From NCBI GenBank assembly GCA_947449735.1, contig CANFTB010000008.1:4071-68070 (forward strand): a DNA stretch of 64,000 nt, read 5' to 3'. Source of the stretch: Chthoniobacteraceae bacterium (GTDB lineage: Bacteria > Verrucomicrobiota > Verrucomicrobiia > Chthoniobacterales > Chthoniobacteraceae). How positions within the stretch are numbered: position 1 is the stretch's first letter; the number at the start of each line of letters is the position of its first letter. Shown here piece by piece: positions 56,567 through 64,000 of this stretch. A program made the translations under genes and the position numbers. The notes under the pieces are model-generated. The model was given only the letters and a program-made list of their open reading frames with translations. It did not search any database and had not been told where the DNA came from.

Positions 56567-57520
56567 TTGAAGAATCGATCAGCGCACGCTGCCAAGCTTG
56601 CTTTCGAAGCGCGGTTTGGGAAGCCTCTGATGGTCCCCATGGGTGCCGCATTACAAACCTTTCTAGCCCGCTCCCTGAGTACCCTCTCGCTTTGGGGCGT
56701 GTGCGCGGCAACCATGTACTGGGCCTACGAACCCGGCCTCCGGATCCTTATCGGGGGGCTCATCCTTACAGGGTTGATGGAGTTCTACTCGATGCTCGCC
56801 TCGGCGGGCTTCCCGCATTTCCGGCGCACCGGACTGTTTCTGGGGGCCGTGCTGACCGTTGGGGCTCTCTCCCTAGGCTCACTCAAGGGCGCTGATGCCG
56901 CGTTTATTTTTGAAACCTCTGCGCTGCTTCTGGGCATACTGTGGATCTTCATCCGCCAGATTTTTCACCGCAATCCGGACACCAACCCGGCTGCGGCCGT
57001 CGGCTATACCCTGCTGGGCTTAATCTACATCCCTTTTCTGGCCGCCAGCACTATCAACCTGCTTTATCTTACGCCGAGGGCCGCCGACGGCCATTTGACC
57101 GGACATTACTACCTGCTGTTTCTCGCGGTCGTGACCAAGATGTCAGACTGCGGCGCCTACCTAACGGGCTCGCTGATTGGCCGGCATCCGATGATTCCCC
57201 GGATTTCGCCGAAAAAGACCTGGGAAGGCTTCGCGGGCGCCCTCGCCCACTCGGTGATTGCCGCCGTTGTGCTCGTGAAAGTTTTCCCTACCCAACTCTC
57301 TCTCATCGCCTCTCCCCTGCACGCCGCGATCATCGGTCTGGTGCTCGGATTCGTCGCCGTTCTCGGCGACCTCGCGGAATCACTTGTCAAACGGTCCACG
57401 CACACCAAGGACTCGGGCAGCATGCTTCCCGGAATTGGCGGGGCGATGGATCTGATAGACTCCCTGCTTTTCACCGGTCCCCTGCTCTATTTGTATCTGC
57501 GTTACGCCACCGCTCTCTGA
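56567..57520 (+). CDS. cdsA: Phosphatidate cytidylyltransferase (CDP-diglyceride synthase), with an atypical signature
   Basis: Polytopic, with KMSDCGAYLTG, KKTWEGFAGA, and the C-terminal motif SLVKRSTHTKDSGSMLPGIGGAMDLIDS. Its stop overlaps the dxr start. The start is uncertain (56567, 56630 or 56639). Confidence 0.75.
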   Translation: MKNRSAHAAKLAFEARFGKPLMVPMGAALQTFLARSLSTLSLWGVCAATMYWAYEPGLRILIGGLILTGLMEFYSMLASAGFPHFRRTGLFLGAVLTVGALSLGSLKGADAAFIFETSALLLGILWIFIRQIFHRNPDTNPAAAVGYTLLGLIYIPFLAASTINLLYLTPRAADGHLTGHYYLLFLAVVTKMSDCGAYLTGSLIGRHPMIPRISPKKTWEGFAGALAHSVIAAVVLVKVFPTQLSLIASPLHAAIIGLVLGFVAVLGDLAESLVKRSTHTKDSGSMLPGIGGAMDLIDSLLFTGPLLYLYLRYATAL

Positions 57521-58716
57521 TGTCAGACGCCGCTTCATCCCAGACATTCACAAGACGCCGCGTGGTCATTCTCGGCTGCACGGGCTCCATCGGACAGTCC
57601 GCCCTTAAAGTTGCGGCCGACATTCCTGAGCGCATGGAAGTGGTTGGCCTCGCCGCCTCTAAAAGTGTCGGCCCTTTCGTGGAACAGGTGCGCGCATGGC
57701 GCCCAAAGTGCGCCGCACTTGCAGACGCGGCGGCGGCAGCGGAGGCCCGCGCGCTACTGGGCTCGTCAGGCACGGAAATTCTGGAGGGCGAAGCCGGGCT
57801 ATGCGCGTTGGCCACGCTGCCCGAGGCCGACCTCGTTCTCATTGCCATTGTGGGGACCGGCGGATTGCGCCCAGCGCTCGCAGCAATCGAAGCGGGCAAG
57901 GACATCGCCGTCGCGTCGAAGGAGATCCTGGTCATGGCGGGGGCGGTTGTGATGGAGGCCGCCCGCCGCAAAGGAGTGCGCGTCCTTCCCGTGGACAGCG
58001 AACACAACGCCATTTTTCAATGCCTCGAAGGCCGCCGACCGGAGGAGGTTTCGCGGCTCCTGCTGACAGCAAGCGGCGGGCCCTTCCGCACGTGGCCGGC
58101 GGAGGCTCTCTCGACGGTGACGCCGGCGCAGGCCCTGAAACACCCGACATGGGACATGGGACGCAAAATCTCAATTGATTCCGCGACACTCTTTAACAAG
58201 GGCCTCGAGATGATCGAAGCGCGCTGGCTTTTCGACATTCCCATGAAGCGAGTGGAGGTCGTGGTGCATCCGCAAAGCATCATCCACTCCATGGTGGAAT
58301 TTGTGGACAGCTCGGTCCTGGCACAATTGTCCGCCACGGACATGTGCTTTCCGATTCAGTACGCGGTGACGTGGCCCGAGCGAGTGCCAAACCGGTTGCC
58401 TCCGCTGGATTTCGCCCGCCTTTCCAAGCTCGAATTCGAAGCGCCGCGCACCGCTGACTTCCCCGCGATCAACCTGGCCCGTCAAGCCGGGGAACAGGGC
58501 GGCACGCTCCCCGCGGTGCTGAACGCGGCGAACGAAATTGCCGTGGACACCTTTCTGGCAGGGCGTTGCTCCTTTCCTGCAATCTGGGAAACGGTGGCCG
58601 CCGTGATGGAGTCGCACCGCCATGAAACGCATCCGGGTTTGGACGAAATCCTTCACGCGGATTCCGACGCGCGAGTCGCAGCGGCGGCCGTGCTGGCAGC
58701 CAGACACCGCGCCTAA
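57520..58716 (+). CDS. dxr: 1-deoxy-D-xylulose-5-phosphate reductoisomerase
   Basis: RRVVILGCTGSIGQSAL, PVDSEHNAIFQCL, LTASGGPFR, and HP.W.MG.KISIDSAT. The true ATG is at 57520 (TGATG overlap with cdsA), inside the longer listed ORF 56941-58716. Confidence 0.92.
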   Translation: MSDAASSQTFTRRRVVILGCTGSIGQSALKVAADIPERMEVVGLAASKSVGPFVEQVRAWRPKCAALADAAAAAEARALLGSSGTEILEGEAGLCALATLPEADLVLIAIVGTGGLRPALAAIEAGKDIAVASKEILVMAGAVVMEAARRKGVRVLPVDSEHNAIFQCLEGRRPEEVSRLLLTASGGPFRTWPAEALSTVTPAQALKHPTWDMGRKISIDSATLFNKGLEMIEARWLFDIPMKRVEVVVHPQSIIHSMVEFVDSSVLAQLSATDMCFPIQYAVTWPERVPNRLPPLDFARLSKLEFEAPRTADFPAINLARQAGEQGGTLPAVLNAANEIAVDTFLAGRCSFPAIWETVAAVMESHRHETHPGLDEILHADSDARVAAAAVLAARHRA

Positions 58717-58742
58717 CGACCCCGAGGCCGGCCGGCGTTGCG

Positions 58743-59309
58743 CTATTTGGCGGCCAGCGAGTCTTCCACCTGTTCGCAGATGGAGTGCAGAAGGAACTTG
58801 TGCCCCTCTTGGATCCTTGCAGTCATCGACGAGGGAACGATGAGTTCGACCTCGGCAAGACCTCGGCATTTTCCCCCGTCCTTGCCGAGCAGTGCAAGCG
58901 TGCGAACCCCGGACGCGCGGGCCGTCTCCAGAGCTTGATGAATATTGGCAGACTGGCCGCTCGTTGAAATGGCCACCAGCACGTCGCCGGGCTTGCCAAA
59001 GGCCTCCACCTGCCGGGCAAAACTGCGCTCGTATCCGTAGTCGTTTCCAAGGGCGGTGAGCAGGCTGCCGCAGGCGCTCAAGTTGATGGCGGGGTAAGCC
59101 TTGCGATCACGCACAAACCGGCATGTGTATTCCGTGGCAAAGTCCGCCCCGTCGGCCGCGCTACCGCCGTTTCCGCAGACCAGGAGCTTCCCCCCAGCCA
59201 GCAGGCAGTTGCGAACCAACTCAGCCGCCGTCAGCAACGCGGGTTCCAGAGATCGAATCCTTTCCAAGGTTCCGACTGCATCATCAACCGCTTTCTGAAA
59301 GACGCTCAT
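58743..59309 (-). CDS. gmhA: D-sedoheptulose-7-phosphate isomerase (SIS domain; GmhA/DiaA family)
   Basis: GNGGSAADGADFATE, LVAISTSGQSANI, and a C-terminal HKFLLHSICE-type segment. The start is taken at MSVFQKA (59309). Confidence 0.8.
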   Translation of the reverse strand: MSVFQKAVDDAVGTLERIRSLEPALLTAAELVRNCLLAGGKLLVCGNGGSAADGADFATEYTCRFVRDRKAYPAINLSACGSLLTALGNDYGYERSFARQVEAFGKPGDVLVAISTSGQSANIHQALETARASGVRTLALLGKDGGKCRGLAEVELIVPSSMTARIQEGHKFLLHSICEQVEDSLAAK

Positions 59310-59363
59310 ATCCAAGGATAAAACCGGACCATTAAAAACGGCACGCACAAACAACTGTCCGCC

Positions 59364-62240
59364 CTATTCCTCCATCGGAGCGCAGGCGCAGAACAAATTG
59401 CGGTCGCCCCAGACGTTGTCGATGCGGCCCACAGACGGCCAGAACTTGCGCTCCTTCACCCAGCGCGCTGGAAACGCGGCTTGCTCGCGTGAGTAGGGAC
59501 GCTCCCATGCGTCAGAACAAACGACCACCGCGGGATGCGGCGCGTTTTTGAGCACATTGTTTGCGCGGTCGGCAGAGCCGTTTTCGACCGCGGCCATCTC
59601 TGCGTGGATGAGAATCATCGCCTCGCAAAACCGGTCCAGCTCGTCCTTGGACTCGCTCTCCGTGGGCTCCACCATCAACGTGCCGGCAACGGGCCAGCTC
59701 AAAGTGGGCGCGTGGAAACCATAGTCCATCAGACGCTTCGCAACATCCTCAGCCGTGGTCGCCTTGAAGCCCCGCAGGTCAAGAATGCACTCGTGCGCAA
59801 CCCACCCCGAACTTCCCTTGAAGAGCACCGGAAAATACGAGTCGAGACGCCTGGCGATGTAGTTGGCATTCAAAATCGCCAGCATGGTCGACTCCTTCAG
59901 GCCGTCGGCGCCCATCATGCGGAGGTACATCCACGGAATCACGAGGATACTGGCGCTGCCCTGGGGAGCCGCGCAGACAGCGCTGACGCGGTCGGAGGAA
60001 CCGCCGCGATGCACCTCGGGAAGGAAAGGCACCAGCTGCGGGGCGACTCCAATCGGACCAACCCCGGGTCCGCCGCCGCCGTGCGGAATGCAGAACGTCT
60101 TGTGCAGATTCAGGTGGCAAACATCCGCGCCAAAATCCCCTGGCCGGCACAAGCCGACCTGTGCATTCATGTTGGCGCCATCCATATAGACCTGGCCGCC
60201 GTGCTGGTGGATCAGCGTACAAATCTCGCGGATCCCCTCCTCGAACACCCCGTGGGTGCTGGGATAGGTAATCATCAAGGCCGCAAGTTTGTCGCTATGA
60301 AGCTCCGCCTTGGCCCTGAGATCCGCGACGTCGATGTTTCCGTCTGAACTGCAGGCAACGCCCACCACGCGCATTCCTGCCATCACAGCGCTGGCAGGGT
60401 TTGTTCCGTGGGCGCTCAAAGGAATCAAACAAACGTCCCGCTGCGGTTCGTTGCGGGAGAGATGATAGGCGCGGATGACGAGCAGGCCAGCGTACTCTCC
60501 CTGCGAACCCGCGTTAGGCTCGAGGCTCACGGCGGCGAACCCCGTGATTTCAGCGAGCCATCCTTCAAGCTGGGATATCATTTCCCGATATCCGGCAGCC
60601 TGTTCCGGCGGACAAAACGGGTGCAACCCTCCAAACTCGGGCCAGGTCACAGGCAGCATCTCGCTCGTAGCGTTGAGCTTCATGGTGCACGAACCGAGGG
60701 GAATCATGGAGTGCACCAGAGAGATGTCCTTCGCCTCGAGGCTCCGCATGTATCGGAGCATTTCCGTCTCCGTGTGATACTTGTGGAAGACAGGATGAGT
60801 AAGGAAGGAAGTCGTCCGGAGCTCCAGTCTCCCCGCAGCCTCCAGCGCCCCCGGGATCAAAGAATCCAAAGACTCCTCCAATGAAACGCCGAAAACCTTT
60901 AGAAGATCGGCGACATCTTCAAGCGTTGTGGTCTCGTCGAGGGAGATTGCAACGCCCTCCTGCATGCTTCGGAGATTGAACCCGGCGCGCGAAGCATCCG
61001 CCAGCAACGCGTCCCTTTCACTTTGAGGAAGAAGTACATGCAGGGTGTCAAAAAAACGGTCGGCGTGCAGGCGGCGGCCCGAACGAGACAGACCGAGGGC
61101 CAGAACCTGCGCCAGGCCGTGCACCCTGCGGGCGATCGCCTTCAACCCTTCCGGGCCGTGGTAAACGGCATACATGGAGGCGATCACCGCCAGCAGCACC
61201 TGGGCCGTGCAGATGTTGCTCGTGGCCTTGTCCCTGCGGATGTGCTGCTCGCGGGTCTGCAACGCGAGGCGGTACGCCGGCCTGTCCTGCGCGTCGTGGG
61301 AAAGCCCCACAAGGCGTCCGGGCATGAGTCGCTTATAGGCTTCCCGCGTAGCGAGATACGCGGCGTGGGGCCCCCCAAATCCCATGGGTACACCAAAACG
61401 CTGGGTCGATCCCACGGCGATGTCGGCCCCCCATTCCCCCGGGGGCTGGATCAGTGTCAGGGCCAGCGGATCCGCTGCTGCGATGACCAGAGCACCAGCA
61501 GCATGCGCCGTTTCTGCAAACTGCTTGAAGTCGGCGATTCTCCCGAAAGTGTCGGGCACCTGAACCAGCGCGGCGAAAACCCCCGTTGGGAGGCTGTCCT
61601 TTTGAGCATCACCAACCAAAACCTTTATGCCCAAGGCCTCTGCCCGCGTGCGCACAACCGCCAGGGTCTGCGGATGGCAGCCAAGGTCGACAAACACAGA
61701 AGTCGGATCCGAAAGTTTGGTGGCGGCCATAGCCATTCCAACGGCTTCGGCCGCAGCGGTGGCCTCGTCCAGCATCGAGGCGTTGGCGATGTCCATGCCG
61801 GTGAGGTCGGTGACCATGGTTTGAAAGTTCGCCAGCGCCTCCAGCCTGCCCTGCGCAATTTCCGCCTGATAAGGAGTATAGGCCGTGTACCAGGCCGGAT
61901 TCTCCATAATGTTCCGCAGGATGACCGGCGGCGTCACGCAGTCTGAATAGCCTTGTCCAAGAAAGCTCTTCTTCAGCTGGTTCCGGGCGGCGAGGGCCCG
62001 GAGTTCGGAAATCGCCGAATGCTCGCCCGAGGCGGCCGGAAGGTTCAGGGGCTTTCGGAAACGAATGTCAGCCGGGACCGTGACATCTATCAGCGCGTCC
62101 AAGGACGGCAGGCCCAGATGCTGCACCATCGAAGCGATTTCCGCTTCATCAGCCCCCAAGTGTCTGCGTTTAAAAGCATCCAAAGGGCGCTGCAGAAGGG
62201 CGGCCGAAAAAGACGCGTTTTTCTCCAATGTCTCGTGCAT
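59364..62240 (-). CDS. gcvP: Glycine dehydrogenase (aminomethyl-transferring), single-chain P protein
   Basis: About 958 aa, with [23 protein letters not shown]-like [16 protein letters not shown], and a PLP region ...[19 protein letters not shown]. The start is taken at MHETLEK (62240). Confidence 0.92.
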   Translation of the reverse strand: MHETLEKNASFSAALLQRPLDAFKRRHLGADEAEIASMVQHLGLPSLDALIDVTVPADIRFRKPLNLPAASGEHSAISELRALAARNQLKKSFLGQGYSDCVTPPVILRNIMENPAWYTAYTPYQAEIAQGRLEALANFQTMVTDLTGMDIANASMLDEATAAAEAVGMAMAATKLSDPTSVFVDLGCHPQTLAVVRTRAEALGIKVLVGDAQKDSLPTGVFAALVQVPDTFGRIADFKQFAETAHAAGALVIAAADPLALTLIQPPGEWGADIAVGSTQRFGVPMGFGGPHAAYLATREAYKRLMPGRLVGLSHDAQDRPAYRLALQTREQHIRRDKATSNICTAQVLLAVIASMYAVYHGPEGLKAIARRVHGLAQVLALGLSRSGRRLHADRFFDTLHVLLPQSERDALLADASRAGFNLRSMQEGVAISLDETTTLEDVADLLKVFGVSLEESLDSLIPGALEAAGRLELRTTSFLTHPVFHKYHTETEMLRYMRSLEAKDISLVHSMIPLGSCTMKLNATSEMLPVTWPEFGGLHPFCPPEQAAGYREMISQLEGWLAEITGFAAVSLEPNAGSQGEYAGLLVIRAYHLSRNEPQRDVCLIPLSAHGTNPASAVMAGMRVVGVACSSDGNIDVADLRAKAELHSDKLAALMITYPSTHGVFEEGIREICTLIHQHGGQVYMDGANMNAQVGLCRPGDFGADVCHLNLHKTFCIPHGGGGPGVGPIGVAPQLVPFLPEVHRGGSSDRVSAVCAAPQGSASILVIPWMYLRMMGADGLKESTMLAILNANYIARRLDSYFPVLFKGSSGWVAHECILDLRGFKATTAEDVAKRLMDYGFHAPTLSWPVAGTLMVEPTESESKDELDRFCEAMILIHAEMAAVENGSADRANNVLKNAPHPAVVVCSDAWERPYSREQAAFPARWVKERKFWPSVGRIDNVWGDRNLFCACAPMEE

Positions 62241-62501
62241 CCATACAGACTGAAGACTAACCAGCGAGACTGGCAAGAGCGGATGGCAGGGCACCCGCGG
62301 TCGGTTATTCCAGGGCCGAGGCGGCTGGATGGTTGCTCTTTTTGGGCCTCTGCCAACTCGACCCATCCTGCCTTGCGACCCGCTACGATTCATTTTGATG
62401 GACCTTGCGGTTTTTGTCTTGCGAACGTGACCTTCCAACCTAAGGTTTTGCTATTCGCAGGCAGCCTATGGAGGGCACAAGCCTGTGCTCTTTCAAAGGA
62501 T

Positions 62502-62738
62502 ATGATGAATTCGAGTGAAAGCGGTGAGAGGACGAGCCCAGAGCCCATTGCCTCTGAAAAGGTGACGTTTGAGCGCAAAGTGTTTTTTCTAGATTTGAAG
62601 GAAAACCAGCGCGGGCGCTTTTTGAAGATCACGGAGGATGTCGGTGGCCGCCGGGACACCATCATGCTTCCGGCTCCGGCGTTCCGTGAGTTTTTGGAAG
62701 CACTGCAGCGATTGGTTGAGTTCGAGGAAAAGCTCTAG
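62502..62738 (+). CDS. PUR-alpha-like ssDNA/RNA-binding small protein (DUF3276-like)
   Basis: 78 aa: SEKVTFERKVFFLDLKENQRGRFLKITEDVGGRRDTIMLPAPAFREFLEAL matches the bacterial PUR repeat pattern. The ATG is at 62502 within the longer listed ORF. Confidence 0.65.
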   Translation: MMNSSESGERTSPEPIASEKVTFERKVFFLDLKENQRGRFLKITEDVGGRRDTIMLPAPAFREFLEALQRLVEFEEKL

Positions 62739-62770
62739 CCCGCAACGGGAAGAGTTAGTTCCTTTTGGAT

Positions 62771-62808
62771 AACAAACGGTTGGCGCCAGCCAACCATCTT
62801 GTTTTGTT
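62771..62808. terminator. Bidirectional intrinsic terminator between the PUR-like gene and cutA
   Basis: GGTTGGC-GCCA-GCCAACC hairpin (62778-62795), flanked by AACAAAC upstream and CTTGTTTTGTT downstream. Confidence 0.55.
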
Positions 62809-62824
62809 CAGTGCGTTAGGCAGC

Positions 62825-63151
62825 CTAGTAAGGAACGTTGGATAGCATCCAATTGAGGTAAGCTTCGGACCCTGACTCAGGAGACAGCACCAGAAACTCT
62901 GGAACTTCGTAGGAATGGAGCTCCGTTAATCGGACCTCCAAGCGGTTCAGGCACCCTTCCGAAGTCTTTAAAATCCCCGCGACCTCGACAGAACTCTCGA
63001 CGTTTCCCTTCCAGCGGTAGACGGACTCGACACCCGGGAAAAGATTGGCGCACGCCGCAATCCGTTCCTCAACAAGAACGTTCACGATACGCCTGGCCTC
63101 CTCAATACTGGGAAAGGTCACCAAAACTATCGCCGCTTTTTTGGCGCGCAT
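62825..63151 (-). CDS. cutA: Divalent-cation tolerance protein CutA
   Basis: 108 aa. IVLVTFPSIEEARRIVNVLVEERIAACANL.P.V.S.YRWKG.VE...E....KT is a typical CutA1 sequence. Confidence 0.85.
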   Translation of the reverse strand: MRAKKAAIVLVTFPSIEEARRIVNVLVEERIAACANLFPGVESVYRWKGNVESSVEVAGILKTSEGCLNRLEVRLTELHSYEVPEFLVLSPESGSEAYLNWMLSNVPY

Positions 63152-63172
63152 AGGGACAGAAGGGAAGTACGG

Positions 63173-64000
63173 TCACGAAGACGCGCCTACAGACGCGCCG
63201 ACCGTTCCGAAAGAGCGCCCCGAAGTGGCGCGTGCAATCCAGCCTCCCCCGAGAACCTCGTCACCGGAGTAGCAAACAGCCGCCTGACCCGGAGTCACTG
63301 CGCGCTGCGGTTCGCGCAGCACGACACGGGCCTTTCCATTCTCCCCGGGGTGCACGGTGGCGTCGGCACCTGGATGGGCGTAGCGGATCTTCACATTGCA
63401 CTCAAAAGAACCGCCCGTCACGGCGGCGTCAGTGTTCCAGATACAGTGGTCGATCTCAAACTCATCCACAACCAAGTCTTCCGCCTCCCCCACCACGACG
63501 CTTCTGGACTCCGGATCGATGTCGATCACGTACATCGGCTTGGGCGAGCCTCCCGGCAGTCCTTTGCGCTGGCCGATGGTAAACATTTCGATGCCCTCGT
63601 GATCGGCAAGCCGGTTTCCATGCTTGTCGAAAATCCCGCCGGGCCTGAACTGGTCTGTTCCGAGGTGGCCCTTTAGGAAGGCCTTGTAGTCATTCCCCGG
63701 AACAAAGCAAATTTCCTGACTGTCGACCTTGTCCGCGGTCTTGAGCCCCAGCTTGCGGGCGATGGCCCGGATTTCCCCCTTCTCCAAGCCACCTAGGGGA
63801 AACAGGGAGCGGGTCAATTGCTCCTGTCTCAAACTGAAGAGAAAGTAACTCTGGTCCTTCTTGGAATCCCGGCCCTTGCGCAAAACAGAACGGGCTGGCA
63901 GATGGTCGACAATCGCATAGTGGCCCGTGGCAATGTACTCGGCACCAATCGCCTTGGCCTTCGTCCAGAGGTTGCCAAACTTCACCTTTTCGTTGCACAT
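63173..64000 (-). CDS. mnmA: tRNA 2-thiouridine(34) synthase MnmA (N-terminal PP-loop part lies outside the window)
   Basis: CNEKVKFGNLWTKAKAIGAEYIATGHYA, DQSYFL, RYAHPG..A. The ORF is open to the window edge. Confidence 0.88.
   Translation of the reverse strand: MCNEKVKFGNLWTKAKAIGAEYIATGHYAIVDHLPARSVLRKGRDSKKDQSYFLFSLRQEQLTRSLFPLGGLEKGEIRAIARKLGLKTADKVDSQEICFVPGNDYKAFLKGHLGTDQFRPGGIFDKHGNRLADHEGIEMFTIGQRKGLPGGSPKPMYVIDIDPESRSVVVGEAEDLVVDEFEIDHCIWNTDAAVTGGSFECNVKIRYAHPGADATVHPGENGKARVVLREPQRAVTPGQAAVCYSGDEVLGGGWIARATSGRSFGTVGASVGASS

Noticed and set aside
62241-62440. Possible glycine riboswitch in the gcvP 5' leader
   Set aside because: I read the minus strand and found none of the conserved cores (GGAGAG, CACCGAAGGGGCAA, CUCAGGCAAAAGGAC). 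Only generic complementary segments are present. A covariance-model scan would settle it.
1-64000. CRISPR arrays, intact transposases/integrases, prophage genes, or known defense-system genes
   Set aside because: I saw no regularly spaced direct repeats and no ORF with recognisable Cas, transposase, integrase, restriction or abortive-infection motifs. The only repeats are the three inverted-repeat elements and the 11.8-kb hairpin cluster.

Overview
High-GC (~63-65%) bacterial chromosome segment. The gene content points to the PVC superphylum, most likely Verrucomicrobiota (Opitutae-like). That assignment is an inference from PVC-type heme-binding CxxCH proteins, DUF1552/DUF1592 'planctomycete cytochrome' pairs, DUF1080 proteins, a sulfatase and a BNR sialidase.

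I support about 47 protein genes, 1 tRNA-Ser(GGA), 2 pseudogene-like loci, 2 intrinsic terminators, a three-copy intergenic inverted-repeat family and a few candidate regulatory RNA/DNA structures.

Housekeeping blocks:
- rpmI-rplT
- pyrR-pyrB-pyrC
- an Mrp/ApbC gene next to a COG0523 GTPase gene
- pta plus a separate Pta N-terminal-domain gene
- cdsA-dxr
- gmhA, gcvP, cutA, mnmA, thiD, apaG, manA

Accessory, PVC-specific content is concentrated at 25.4-32 kb and 35.9-53.1 kb.

The most interesting region is 37.8-51.9 kb. It holds two divergently transcribed paralogous DUF1552 + DUF1592 pairs, and each pair is tightly linked to a different third gene. Next to them are a beta-propeller dehydrogenase-like gene translationally coupled to a cytochrome c gene, and a DUF1080 gene.

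I saw no CRISPR array, no intact mobile element and no recognisable defense system. All family names come from motif recognition by eye. No database search was run.
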